Part shown: in pieces, positions 48,096 through 58,514 of the stretch
How the letters are laid out: every line of letters starts with the position of its first letter
Position numbering within the stretch: position 1 is the first letter of the stretch
Assembly: GCA_965216565.1 (NCBI GenBank)
Contig: OZ244170.1
Coordinates: forward strand, 4,064,001-4,128,000
Direction of reading: 5' to 3'
Length of the DNA: 64,000 bases
Origin: Bythopirellula sp.
GTDB taxonomy: Bacteria; Planctomycetota; Planctomycetia; Pirellulales; Lacipirellulaceae
Made by a program: the position numbers and the translations under genes
Notes under the pieces: model-generated
Database searches by the model: none
The model's input: only the letters and a program-made list of their open reading frames with translations
Told to the model about the DNA's origin: nothing

Positions 48096-49556
48096 TCAGG
48101 CAATTATTTCCTGAATTGGTGAAACGGATTCTACGCCCACCAACTTCTGATCGAGTCCGTTATAGAAGTAGCTCAATTGGTTCGGATCGAGGCCCATTTG
48201 GTGCAATATCGTAGCATGTAATTCCTTGACAGTGGTCGGACGGTCGACTGCTCGGCTGCCGAGTTCGTCGGTGGAACCGAGACTGAATCCACCCTTGATG
48301 CCACCACCGGCCAACCACATGGTAAAGCCATAGCTATTATGATCGCGGCCAGTGCCCTTAGCATACTCAGCCGTAGGCTGTCGCCCGAACTCACCTCCCC
48401 ATACGACGAGCGTCTCGTCCAACATCCCCCGTTGCTTCAGATCTCTCAACAGGGCTGCAATGGGTTGGTCCGTTTCGCCGGCGTGCTTGGTGTGGTTGTG
48501 AACCAAGTCGCCGTGGGCGTCCCAGTTGTAATCGATGTGATTGCCTCCGGAGTAGAGCTGAATGAATCGAACCCCTCGTTCAACTAGCCGACGAGCGAGC
48601 AAGCATTGCGAACCGAAGTGATGTGTCGGTTGCTGGCCAACCCCATACATGTCGAGTGTGGAAGGTGTTTCCTGTGAAAAATCAACTGCCTCCGGCGCCG
48701 ACATCTGCATCTTGAAAGCCAATTCGTAACTGGCAATGCGTGCGGCAAGATTCGAATTGTCATTGCGAGTGGCCAAGTGACGCTGATTAATTGTGGCGAG
48801 CGTATCAAGCATTTCACGCTGCAGTTCACGCGTTGTCCCCTCTGGGCGGGAGAGATTTAGCACCGGGCTGCCTTCGTGTTTGAATGTGGCGCCTTGATAG
48901 ATGGCCGGCATGTAGCCGCTGGACCAGTTTTTCGCTCCAGAGATCGGCCCCCCGGAGGGATCGAGCATCACGACAAAACCGGGTAGATTTTCGTTCGGCG
49001 AACCCAATCCGTAGTTGACCCATGACCCCAATGCCGGACTGCCCGACATCAACTTGCCCGAGTTCATCATTAGCATGGCTGAGCCATGGATGGGTGACTC
49101 GGCTGTCATGGAATGCAGAAACGCAATGTCGTCGACACAACTTCCAATGTGGGGGAACAGATCGCTCACCCACTTACCGCATTCGCCGTATTGTTTGAAC
49201 TTCCACCGCGGCTCCACAATCCGGCCTTGATTTTTCTTGCCGCCACGGCCAAAGGTATCGACGGCGACCGTCTTGTCGTCCATCCCGATCATGTCAGGCT
49301 TGTAATCGAAGGTGTCGATGTGGCTCGGACCGCCGTACATAAACAAGAAGATCACATTCTTAGCCTGGGGAGGCAGCATCGCACTCTTGGGATGAAGCGG
49401 GTTGGCAGCAGCCGATGAGAGTTCAGCCGCCTTGGCCGAATTTTCGAAGAAACCATCGCCAGCCAGCATCCCAGTCAACGCGGCCGCACCAAAACCTGCG
49501 CCGGTCTCCCACAGAAATTCGCGTCGCGTGCGGTTACAGAAATCTCTTCGTGCCAT
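48096..49556 (-). CDS. DUF1501 protein with Tat-like signal
   Basis: TRREFL, FLFMYGGPSHIDTFDYKP, LARRLVERGVRF, WDAH, WGGEFGR.P, GRDH motifs. Confidence 0.93.
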   Translation of the reverse strand: MARRDFCNRTRREFLWETGAGFGAAALTGMLAGDGFFENSAKAAELSSAAANPLHPKSAMLPPQAKNVIFLFMYGGPSHIDTFDYKPDMIGMDDKTVAVDTFGRGGKKNQGRIVEPRWKFKQYGECGKWVSDLFPHIGSCVDDIAFLHSMTAESPIHGSAMLMMNSGKLMSGSPALGSWVNYGLGSPNENLPGFVVMLDPSGGPISGAKNWSSGYMPAIYQGATFKHEGSPVLNLSRPEGTTRELQREMLDTLATINQRHLATRNDNSNLAARIASYELAFKMQMSAPEAVDFSQETPSTLDMYGVGQQPTHHFGSQCLLARRLVERGVRFIQLYSGGNHIDYNWDAHGDLVHNHTKHAGETDQPIAALLRDLKQRGMLDETLVVWGGEFGRQPTAEYAKGTGRDHNSYGFTMWLAGGGIKGGFSLGSTDELGSRAVDRPTTVKELHATILHQMGLDPNQLSYFYNGLDQKLVGVESVSPIQEIIA

Positions 49557-49572
49557 GGTTCTTAGTCAGTCT

Positions 49573-52044
49573 TTAATCGAGAAATACAAACTCATTCAAA
49601 TTATAAACCATTAGGCAGTACTGTACCAAAGCATCGTGTTCGTTGAGTCCATGCTCTGCTTGCATAGTGTTGAGCAACTTCACACTGTCCTTGATGGTGT
49701 TTTCATCGGGATCGCGTAGGAGGATCAGCCTCAATGCACCATTCACTTGGGCCCAAGGATCGTCACCCGCTTCACGCTCAACTCGTTCTGCAAGGTATCG
49801 TGCCTGATCTTGCATAAAGTCACCGTGCAACAGATTCAAGGCTTGTGCCGCTTGTGTGGTGTTGAACCGAGCTTCGCAACTCGTATCTGTCTCAGGAAAA
49901 TCAAACAGCGACAGTTCCGGAGCGATAAGGCTTCGCTTGATGTGAATATAGATACTTCTGCGTGAAGCATCGCGTCGATTCGAGGTGTGCCAATCTTTAC
50001 CTGGTTTGCTCTGAGTCGCTAATACCTCTCGACTCAACGGTGGGTAGATGCTTGGCCCATAAGTCGTGTCATTGAGTTCGCCTGATACAAACAACACCGA
50101 GTCGCGGATCTCCTCAGCCGTCAAACGACGCATATCGAATCGCCAGAACAAGTTATTCTCCGGATCGGAGGCGAGGCCCTGTGGAGAAGCAGCACTGGCC
50201 ATTTGATAGGCATTTGATAATAGAATCAACCGATGCAAAGGCTTGAGCCGCCACTCGTGGTCGATCAGATAGAATGTAAGCCAATCGAGCAGCTGGGGGT
50301 GCGTGGGTGGAGTGCCAAGCTGTCCGAAATTGTTCGCGGTTCGAACTATGCCGCGGCCAAAATGGTGCTGCCATACGCGGTTGGCCATCACGCGGCCCGT
50401 CAACATGTTGTCTGGGCTGGCGATCCATGTTGCCAACACACGCCTTCGCCCGGTCGTGCGTGCGTTGCTGTCTTGCATTGGAATGTTGGCCGTCGCTCCG
50501 CCGAACAGCTCAGGGAACTCCGGTTCCACCGCTTCGCCTGGCGCATGCGGGTTGCCCCGAAACATTACATGGGTCGTGCCGGGATGGGGTTCACACTTGG
50601 CGAGCGACAACACCCAATCTGCCGGAGGCAATGCTTCTTGTTGCAATTGAATCTTGCTTAGCTTGGTTTTGATCTCTGAATAGGTGCGGAAAGTCTCTGC
50701 GCTCATGTACTCATGAATTTTCTCGCTGAGCAGTTCCTCACGGGCCTCGGTTTCGGATCGATTTTGATCGGTGGCCGACATCTTGCGGATCGCTTGTTCC
50801 TCAAACTTTCGAGCCTGGTCACCAAATATTTTCGTCTGCTGTGCCAGCGCCACACGTTTCTTGGCGGCATCCTCTGGGGAGCAATCCCACAGGCTGTGAG
50901 TCTTGGGATCATTGTTGCGGGGAATCGCATAGGGAGTGACATCTGCAAAGAATGCCAAGAATTTGTAGTAGTCGGTCTGAGGTATGGGGTCGATTTTGTG
51001 ATCGTGGCACCGTGCGCAGCCTACCGTCAGGCCCAAGAAAGCTTGTCCGGTGGTCGAGACGATGTTATCCAGGTCGTCGTAATGTGCCTGGAGGGCGTCG
51101 ACTGGTTCGTCATCCCAAGTGCCCAAGCGATAATAGCCGGTGGCGGTGATCGACTCCTTGGTTACCTCGTCAAGTTCATCACCGGCAAGTTGTTCGCGGA
51201 TAAATTGATCGTACGGCTTGTCTTCGTTGAAGGATCGAATCACGTAGTCTCGATACTTCCAAGCGTAGGGCTTCGGCGAATCGCGTTCAAAGCTATTGGT
51301 TTCAGCGTATCGCACCACGTCGAGCCAATGTCGGGCCCACTTCTCGCCGTACCTTGAAGAATCGAGCAGCTTGTCGACCAATCGCTTGTAAGCGTCCGGG
51401 CGTGTGTCGCCTAAGAACGATTCCAGTTCCTCGACGCTCGGTGGCAAGCCAGTCAGATCGTAATAAAGACGACGAGCTAAAACAGCGCGTCCGGCCGGCG
51501 GCGCTGGTTGTAAGCCCCGCTGTTCTAGGCGATGAAGGATGAAATTGTCGATCGGGTTGCGAACCCAACTAGAGCCTTTCACTTCTGGGAGCGTGTGCCG
51601 CTCTGGTGGCACAAACGCCCAGTGCGCCTCAAACGTTGCTCCATCTTGAATCCATTGCCGAAGGACTTCAATCTCTTGCGGATTGAGAGGTTCGCCCTCC
51701 AGCGGCATACGCTCGTCCTCATCGCGAGAGGTCACACGATTGAGCAGCTCACTCTGCGCAGGCTTCCCAGGAACAATTGCATACCGCCCCGATTCGGCTT
51801 CGGCATGAGCAGAAGCTGGTTTGTGCAGGGCAAGCCCACCCTCGGCAACGTCGGGGCCATGGCAAGAAAAACAGCGTGACGCGAGTATGGATTGCACTTG
51901 TGGAAAGGATGAACCAAGTTCAGCAACCGCAGCACTCGGGAATACCGGGCAGTACAATGCGCACATCAAAGCTGCCCGATGGATAAGCAAGTTGTGGTTG
52001 CTTGACGTGAACACAATGCTACTCAAGAAAGAAGAACGCGACAC
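49573..52044 (-). CDS. PSCyt1-DUF1549-DUF1553 (PSD1) planctomycete cytochrome c protein
   Basis: CFSCH and CARCH heme motifs, HWAF.PP, NPID.FI, YGEKWARHWLD, RVMANRVWQHHFGRG, QALNL. Confidence 0.93.
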   Translation of the reverse strand: MSRSSFLSSIVFTSSNHNLLIHRAALMCALYCPVFPSAAVAELGSSFPQVQSILASRCFSCHGPDVAEGGLALHKPASAHAEAESGRYAIVPGKPAQSELLNRVTSRDEDERMPLEGEPLNPQEIEVLRQWIQDGATFEAHWAFVPPERHTLPEVKGSSWVRNPIDNFILHRLEQRGLQPAPPAGRAVLARRLYYDLTGLPPSVEELESFLGDTRPDAYKRLVDKLLDSSRYGEKWARHWLDVVRYAETNSFERDSPKPYAWKYRDYVIRSFNEDKPYDQFIREQLAGDELDEVTKESITATGYYRLGTWDDEPVDALQAHYDDLDNIVSTTGQAFLGLTVGCARCHDHKIDPIPQTDYYKFLAFFADVTPYAIPRNNDPKTHSLWDCSPEDAAKKRVALAQQTKIFGDQARKFEEQAIRKMSATDQNRSETEAREELLSEKIHEYMSAETFRTYSEIKTKLSKIQLQQEALPPADWVLSLAKCEPHPGTTHVMFRGNPHAPGEAVEPEFPELFGGATANIPMQDSNARTTGRRRVLATWIASPDNMLTGRVMANRVWQHHFGRGIVRTANNFGQLGTPPTHPQLLDWLTFYLIDHEWRLKPLHRLILLSNAYQMASAASPQGLASDPENNLFWRFDMRRLTAEEIRDSVLFVSGELNDTTYGPSIYPPLSREVLATQSKPGKDWHTSNRRDASRRSIYIHIKRSLIAPELSLFDFPETDTSCEARFNTTQAAQALNLLHGDFMQDQARYLAERVEREAGDDPWAQVNGALRLILLRDPDENTIKDSVKLLNTMQAEHGLNEHDALVQYCLMVYNLNEFVFLD

Positions 52045-52065
52045 ACTAGGCTCTCAGTATAGCCT

Positions 52066-54366
52066 TCACTCTTTACTAATAGAAATCATTAATGAAGAAC
52101 TGGGCGCAGCCTTCATCATTCTGCCAACATGCCCCCGTCCTTGATTGTTTCTACTGACTTTCTTCGAAGCACGTATCAACTGCCCTTCCTCAAGCCACGG
52201 TTGAATCAGCACCTTCTTCAGTGGATTTCCGCGGACTGTAATGGTTTTCTCAACGCGGTTTCCTTTGTCCGTTCTCTCGTAGGTGACCTGAGGCCAGTGG
52301 GTTGTTCCATCTATTTCGATCGGCACTCGAACCTCCATTGAAGTCCATTCCTCCGGCATATTGTCACTGACGGTGAACGTGCTTTCGGGAATCGAATAGT
52401 CAACTCCCGCCATGCCTTCCAGAAACAACAGGATCTTCCCTGCGTTGAAATTTGAATACTGATCACCCCAGGGAAATGGTTCTGCATCCCACGCTTCAGG
52501 GGCAATTGGGATTCCCCAATGCATGTTATAGCCCTTCAAATGAGCCAAGGCACACTTGTTGGCGTCGCGCCCTACGTGACTGTTATACATCCCGATGAGC
52601 GCGTAGTAGTTGGTGTCGGGTGTGGAAGAGAACTCTGGATCCTTCACATTCTTTAAATCTGGAATCGATCTAGACGACAGGGGAACCTTCCAAAAGAAAC
52701 CATCCTCAGAGTTTAAGGCCCAGCGCCGAGTCATCTGCAGAGCCCACTCTTCCGGAAAATAGCTATTTCGCATGTAGGCAAATCCGCTCCAGCCCAAACG
52801 GTCTGGCCCACCGCCGAAATAGCTGGGTCGATGCTTTTCCCACATATCGTTGAGCCAGTGTTCGCCGCCCTTCAAGTTGACCAATTCTAACCAACGATCC
52901 GGATTCTCTCGGTCGCGGGTTAGGATTGCCATCTCCCTCAAATATTTGGCCGCGTCGTAGTGGCAGCCCCAATGGCTGTGCATGCCGTCTTTGAAGAGGA
53001 CTTTGAAATAATCGTCGTAACAGTCATGAAGGAAGTCAACGTCTCCTGTTCGCTGATAAATTTTCCAAGCCCCGATGACGTGCTCAGTCGTGGTGCCCCA
53101 GACGGGAGAAAACCATTGGATGCCTTTGTTGTCTGGTAGTGCCCCTCCGTCTTTAGCATAGGGCAGCAATGGCTTCCAGTGTAGGACGTTGCCATAGGCA
53201 TACGTTTCCTTGTCCGCGGTCCAAGCTCCTACTTGGATCTGAAAATTTGCATCGTAGCGGTGCATCCCGAGAAAGTTGTTGACTGCCGACTGCGTATGCG
53301 GATACATCTCCCACCCCTCCTGAACGTCGATGTAGTACATCATGTGTATCGCCCAAAGGTAGTAGTAGATGTCGACCATGTCCTGATCCGAACAACGGAA
53401 GTATGGAATCTGGTAGTTCAATAAATCATTCATAGCCTTCGTTTTGTCAGACATTGCACCGTGAACGTCGTACAGCACTTCGCGAGCATCTTCCAATGCC
53501 GTCGAATACTCATCCGCCATAGCCCACACAATGGTCGTACCTTGTTCGTCACACATCGTTTCGAAAGAATAGCTGCATTGGCTGTTCTCATCGGTACTGG
53601 ACTTGAAATTCTCGATCGGGCTAGAAGTCGAAAGAACAGTGCTCATCCCGTCGTAGATCAGTTTGCCCGGCTGCGATTCACCCTGAACCGGGTGGGTAGT
53701 AACGGTGCCGCCTTCAGAGATGTGAACAACTTTATCGGTCTTATTGTGTTCAACAGTTGCGGTTGACGTGAGGCTCAAGCGAGGGACAAATAGGCTCTTG
53801 CCATCGAACAGTAGCCGTACCGGGGCATCAGCCGTGATGTGCGAGCACACGACATCGCTGTCGGCGATAAACTTCTCCTCGTGAATCTTTACTCCAGCTA
53901 CTTCGTATTCGCAGATGACTTTGTCTGGCCGCCATTTCATCGAAACGGGCGCCGGTGCTGGGTAGTTTTTGCCATCGACGATCACCGTGCCATAAGCGAC
54001 GCGCGTTTGCGAGTAAAATTCCCAGCCACGAAAGTCGTGGCCGAAGCCGCTTCCCTCATGCTGGACCAGGCCAAACCCTCTGCCTCGCAAATCGTGGAAG
54101 AAAGGGTGAGTGAGACCGATCGTTTCATCCTCATGCTTTTTCCAGCAGTGGTAGATTCCTCCAATGTAGTAGGTCTTGTTGCCCGCTAGAAATGCGTGCT
54201 TCCGCCCTTGGATTTCTTGACTCAGCATTTCGCAGTAGTCTATGTACGGCGGCTTGGTCTCGGCTGGCTTGGTCTTGCCGGTTGCTGGATTACTTAGCGA
54301 AAGGACCGCCAGCATGGCACCCACAATCAGCATGAGTGGACTGGATATCCAAAGAAGAATTCTCAT
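52066..54366 (-). CDS. Secreted (alpha/alpha)6-barrel glycosidase-like protein (MGH1/GH63-like clan, family unassigned)
   Basis: Signal peptide; N-terminal beta domain; QIPYFRCSD...IYYYLW, WKIYQRTGD..FL...Y, APEAWD, FLEGMAG..Y patterns. Confidence 0.6.
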   Translation of the reverse strand: MRILLWISSPLMLIVGAMLAVLSLSNPATGKTKPAETKPPYIDYCEMLSQEIQGRKHAFLAGNKTYYIGGIYHCWKKHEDETIGLTHPFFHDLRGRGFGLVQHEGSGFGHDFRGWEFYSQTRVAYGTVIVDGKNYPAPAPVSMKWRPDKVICEYEVAGVKIHEEKFIADSDVVCSHITADAPVRLLFDGKSLFVPRLSLTSTATVEHNKTDKVVHISEGGTVTTHPVQGESQPGKLIYDGMSTVLSTSSPIENFKSSTDENSQCSYSFETMCDEQGTTIVWAMADEYSTALEDAREVLYDVHGAMSDKTKAMNDLLNYQIPYFRCSDQDMVDIYYYLWAIHMMYYIDVQEGWEMYPHTQSAVNNFLGMHRYDANFQIQVGAWTADKETYAYGNVLHWKPLLPYAKDGGALPDNKGIQWFSPVWGTTTEHVIGAWKIYQRTGDVDFLHDCYDDYFKVLFKDGMHSHWGCHYDAAKYLREMAILTRDRENPDRWLELVNLKGGEHWLNDMWEKHRPSYFGGGPDRLGWSGFAYMRNSYFPEEWALQMTRRWALNSEDGFFWKVPLSSRSIPDLKNVKDPEFSSTPDTNYYALIGMYNSHVGRDANKCALAHLKGYNMHWGIPIAPEAWDAEPFPWGDQYSNFNAGKILLFLEGMAGVDYSIPESTFTVSDNMPEEWTSMEVRVPIEIDGTTHWPQVTYERTDKGNRVEKTITVRGNPLKKVLIQPWLEEGQLIRASKKVSRNNQGRGHVGRMMKAAPSSSLMISISKE

Positions 54367-54371
54367 CTAAC

Positions 54372-55865
54372 CTATCTCCATTCGCTTGCTAAACGGGCCC
54401 GCCGGACACCTTCCAGCGCATCGTTGTGACGCTTAATATTCGCTTCACTAGGAGCTGCACGTTGTTTCTCTCGTTGGATATATCTCTCCAGCTCGCGGAT
54501 TCTGGCGTCGAACATATCGTCGATGTCTTCGGCACCCACTTCCTCCAAATAGGTGAGCAGTCGATTGTGAAGCTGCTCGGCCCTCTCCGGCATCTGAGCG
54601 ACCAGATCGGTCGTCTCGCCAATATCCTTGATGAGATCATAGAGCTGCACTTCCTGGGTGTGCAGATTCATGACCAGCTTGAAGTCACCGTCACGAATGG
54701 CTGACATAGGCAACGTGCCACCATACCACGGGAAATGAAAAATCAACTCCTGGGTGCCCCGGTCAATAGTGCCATGGTTACTTTTCTCAAAAACCTCTCG
54801 AAGGCTGCCTCCATCATACTCCTCCGGTAAAGGATCTCCTCCAATTAAGTCATTGATCGTCGCATAGAAATCCCATCCCGCGATGGGGACATCGCAGGTT
54901 TCACCTCGCTTGACGCCAGGCCCAACTACCACCGTCGGCACTCGGATACCACCCTCCCAAAGCTGTGCCTTCCCTCCCCGTAGTGGGTTGTTGTTCCGAA
55001 ACGATCCGCCGTTATCAGAAGTGAAAATGACGTAGGTATTTTCTTTGATTCCCAGGGTCTCAATTTTTTCAAGGAGGGATCCTACACCCGTATCCAAATC
55101 TTCAATCATGGCCGCGTAAGCGAATATCGAAGAATTACGAGGGGGGTTCTCAAAGTCTCTTTGAATCACTTTCTTGCCGCGGGGAAGCTGCCGATATTTT
55201 TCGATGGTCTCCTTTCTTGCGCGATTCGAAACATGAACCGCGTAGTGCGAAACTTGCATAAAGAAAGGGCGGTCTGCAGCGACCTGTTTCTCCATGAACT
55301 CATTTGCCCTGCGAGTTACGCTAAAGATCCGTTTCGGATCATCCTCCGGCATTGGGGTTTTGTCTTTAACGACGAGATAATCTCCCTCGCCGTTGTTGGT
55401 ATTGCCATCCGAAGAATCGAAGCCCGCATGCTCTGGAGAGCGAGGATGGAATCCCCACTTTCCAAAATGCCCGGTGATGTAATCCGCATCAGCGCGTTTG
55501 ACCATCTCGGCGAGCGAGACTTCGTCTTTGCAGTCGATACCCCTCTCAGCCGCGAGAACATCGTGCACAATGGTCTGCCGAAGACGGCAAGGCGTTTTCC
55601 CAAACTGCATACCCGCGCGGGAGGGCGTGCAGGTGGGTGCGCACGCGTAAGCATTAGAGAAAACTAGTCCCTCTCTGGCCATACTCTCCAACGCGGGTGT
55701 CTGATAGTAATCGCTACGCGACTCCGGAAGGTCCGACATCATTTGTACGGAGGTGTCGGTCCAACCCTGATCGTCCGTAAACACCAGAACAATGTTCGGC
55801 TTGTCCGCAGCGCTGCAAGTCGACAATGATAAGATTGAAAACCAGAGTATTGGCAAGTATCTCAT
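54372..55865 (-). CDS. Formylglycine-dependent sulfatase (S1)
   Basis: KPNIVLVFTDDQG, CTPSR, GHFGKW, FTSDNGG, GGKAQLWEGGIRVP, LYDL..DIGE; signal peptide from ATG 55865. Confidence 0.93.
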   Translation of the reverse strand: MRYLPILWFSILSLSTCSAADKPNIVLVFTDDQGWTDTSVQMMSDLPESRSDYYQTPALESMAREGLVFSNAYACAPTCTPSRAGMQFGKTPCRLRQTIVHDVLAAERGIDCKDEVSLAEMVKRADADYITGHFGKWGFHPRSPEHAGFDSSDGNTNNGEGDYLVVKDKTPMPEDDPKRIFSVTRRANEFMEKQVAADRPFFMQVSHYAVHVSNRARKETIEKYRQLPRGKKVIQRDFENPPRNSSIFAYAAMIEDLDTGVGSLLEKIETLGIKENTYVIFTSDNGGSFRNNNPLRGGKAQLWEGGIRVPTVVVGPGVKRGETCDVPIAGWDFYATINDLIGGDPLPEEYDGGSLREVFEKSNHGTIDRGTQELIFHFPWYGGTLPMSAIRDGDFKLVMNLHTQEVQLYDLIKDIGETTDLVAQMPERAEQLHNRLLTYLEEVGAEDIDDMFDARIRELERYIQREKQRAAPSEANIKRHNDALEGVRRARLASEWR

Positions 55866-55887
55866 GGGTAATCCCCTATTCACTACC

Positions 55888-58092
55888 CTATCGAAATGAA
55901 GAAAGACCAGAGACATTAATGGTCGATCCGCTTGAGGACGCATCACTTTCTCCGCTTACGGTCACTTCAATCGTATGATTACCGGGCGAGAGATCCGTTA
56001 CCGACCAACGAAAGGGCACTCTTCGCTGATCCATCCTGCCCACATGCACATCGCCATAGCAATACTGGTTGACGCCCCCGACAGTTTTGCCATCAATCTT
56101 CACACCTGCAATGCCTGCGTTGTCGTACCGCAATCCCTCCCACTCAATGGCAGAGCCATTGAACTCAGCCGAAAAACTATTGCCTGGTTCCGAGCTATAT
56201 CGTCCACCGCCGCGTAACTCCCAGGAGCCTTCGAATTCGATTGCTCCCAGGGGAATCGACGTCTTGCCCTCGCGGTTGAAATACATCCGGTAGAACTCGC
56301 CAGTTTCGATCTCATAGAACGGGCGGAACTCTTGATTGGTGTGTAAATTCCGTGCTGGATTGACGCGTGCCTCGCCGCCGATTTCCAAATAGTCCGCTGG
56401 AATCCTCAGAGTGTCCATTGCCGGGAGTTGATGTTCTGACTGACGTGCCGTTGCTTGGACCATGACTACAGGACCACAAAGCACAGCAACCGGGGAGACG
56501 CTCCCAGGTGCAGGCTCGAGTCGGGGTGACATATCGAACGTAAGAGTCACGACGTCCCCAGCCCGCCACTCTCTTTCGATCTCTGCCCAGGTGCCTGGCA
56601 CGGCGTCCACAGAACTTGGCACACCGTTAAGAGCAACACTTACGCCATCCTGAGCCCAGAGTGGCACACGAAACTTGAGTCCAAACTGGCTTGGCTCGTC
56701 CGAGTCAATTCGAATCTCAACATTGTCATCTGCCGGAAAACGCGTTTGCTGAGTTACGCGCACGTCTCCCCCTGGCCCCTTCCAATCGACAGACGAAGGT
56801 ATAAACAGATTCACATAGAGACTCTTGTCATCATGGAAATAGATGAGGTTGTGATAATCATTGACTGTTTGAAGAAAGGAACCTTGGCAGCAGAACCATA
56901 CTGTGCTGTGCGACTTCTGTGCGCCGTAGGTGTTGTAGCTGGAGCCATACATGATCATTCCATAGTCGTTCATCGGCACCATCGCACCAACGCCGTTGTA
57001 CACCAGTCGCTCTATCCAATCGCCGTAGCGAGCGTCTCCGGTAAACTGCATCAGATAACGGCCCAGTTTGAAGCCAGCCCATGAGCCGCATGATGTTTCG
57101 AAGTGAAAACGGACGTCGACGTTGGCTGCCCCACGCCTGATGCCGATCAGCGTTTCGGGCATTCCATTGGGAACGATGAAACTCTCTTCCGGGCCATAGC
57201 CACCCGTGGCAAACAATTGGGTCTCATCGAGAAAATCATATGCGTTGACGATTGTATCTAAAAATCTCTGTTCGCCAGTCGCACTGTACGCCATTGCGGC
57301 GCTGCTCAGAGAGTTGACGTGGCTGTAAGCATGGAAGCTTCGATGCGTGGTTGCTTGTTGGAGAGTCCCAAATACATCGTCCTTAGCAGCCAATGAATCC
57401 CAAAAGTTGTCGTAATTCCACACTTTGGCGAACTTAAGATAGCGATCGTCTCCGGTCAGCTCGTAAGCTCGGTAGAGATTCTCCGCCAACGTATACCACT
57501 CAGTAGGCCGAGCGTATGGATTGGAACGGTCGAGGTTGTTCTCCGCCCAAGTGGTGATCTTGTCAAGATACACGAGGGCAACGTCGCTGCCGATGTACTC
57601 GTACACATCGACAAGACCACCTACCATTTTCTCATAGTCGTAGTGACTTCCTTTTCCTGCTTCATAGCCATAAGATCCGTCCGCGCCGATCGTTTTACCC
57701 CATTCCTCCATTAGGTGCAGGGCCCGTTGTCGCACGGCAATGTCTCCCGTAGCGCGATACATGCGAGCGAACCCTCCGAGCCATTGCCCGAATGAAAGTG
57801 GTCGTTCGCTGTACGCACCCCCCAAGTCTTTGCCTGGCGCCCATTCTCTATTTTTTAAACGAAACCCACGTAAGATATCGTTGGGCCGCAGCTGCATATA
57901 GAAGTCTCGCACCTGCAGAAACTGCTCCTGATGCCTGCTGGGTAGGAGACGCACGCCGTTGTAATTAAAGGCTCTAATTTCGCGTTTACCACGCGGAGGA
58001 GGCGGCGTGGTACTGATTGATGACTCATCGCCACTAGCTTCACCCGGCAACAAAACTAAAAACAAAATCGCCGTTACGAATATTTGCTGCAT
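55888..58092 (-). CDS. GH127/GH146-type beta-L-arabinofuranosidase with C-terminal CBM-like domain
   Basis: Signal peptide; HAYSH, ETSC and WFCCQG (Zn/Cys catalytic set), ER.VYN, LYVNLFIPS, FRVP.WA, GPVVM motifs. Confidence 0.85.
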   Translation of the reverse strand: MQQIFVTAILFLVLLPGEASGDESSISTTPPPPRGKREIRAFNYNGVRLLPSRHQEQFLQVRDFYMQLRPNDILRGFRLKNREWAPGKDLGGAYSERPLSFGQWLGGFARMYRATGDIAVRQRALHLMEEWGKTIGADGSYGYEAGKGSHYDYEKMVGGLVDVYEYIGSDVALVYLDKITTWAENNLDRSNPYARPTEWYTLAENLYRAYELTGDDRYLKFAKVWNYDNFWDSLAAKDDVFGTLQQATTHRSFHAYSHVNSLSSAAMAYSATGEQRFLDTIVNAYDFLDETQLFATGGYGPEESFIVPNGMPETLIGIRRGAANVDVRFHFETSCGSWAGFKLGRYLMQFTGDARYGDWIERLVYNGVGAMVPMNDYGMIMYGSSYNTYGAQKSHSTVWFCCQGSFLQTVNDYHNLIYFHDDKSLYVNLFIPSSVDWKGPGGDVRVTQQTRFPADDNVEIRIDSDEPSQFGLKFRVPLWAQDGVSVALNGVPSSVDAVPGTWAEIEREWRAGDVVTLTFDMSPRLEPAPGSVSPVAVLCGPVVMVQATARQSEHQLPAMDTLRIPADYLEIGGEARVNPARNLHTNQEFRPFYEIETGEFYRMYFNREGKTSIPLGAIEFEGSWELRGGGRYSSEPGNSFSAEFNGSAIEWEGLRYDNAGIAGVKIDGKTVGGVNQYCYGDVHVGRMDQRRVPFRWSVTDLSPGNHTIEVTVSGESDASSSGSTINVSGLSSFR

Positions 58093-58514
58093 CAGAGGTG
58101 ATTTCTTTCTATTCTCGGCTGTAGAACGGCCAACAGAAGTTTGTCTTAAGATAGAAATGCTCAGAAGATTCAAACTGGAGCAACTCGGCATGTGATCACG
58201 CCATATGCCGTGGAACTTGCATAGCCGCGGTTCAAGTAATCGCTACCCTTCCAAATACCACATGGCCAGATAACATCAAGGAGCAAACAGAGCCTCTTAA
58301 GTGAAACAGCTTTGATCGCCCTGGATTGCAACAAAAAGGAAAAATACAGTCCAGAAATCGAAGTTTTGTCGAGATTCCAATACAAAAATCGGTGCCTGAA
58401 GGTGTAGCCTATGGGGGTCTAGACTGGCCACCAAAGGCCAAGTTCTACGAGAGTTTCTGGGGGTGTTGGGAAGAAGAGCATTTTAATTGTTACGGCAAAA
58501 TTAAGAGGTGTGAG

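Noticed and set aside
50713..51357. 214-aa plus-strand ORF and the many other short ORFs overlapping long genes
   Set aside because: Antisense or alternate-frame shadows of well-supported CDSs.
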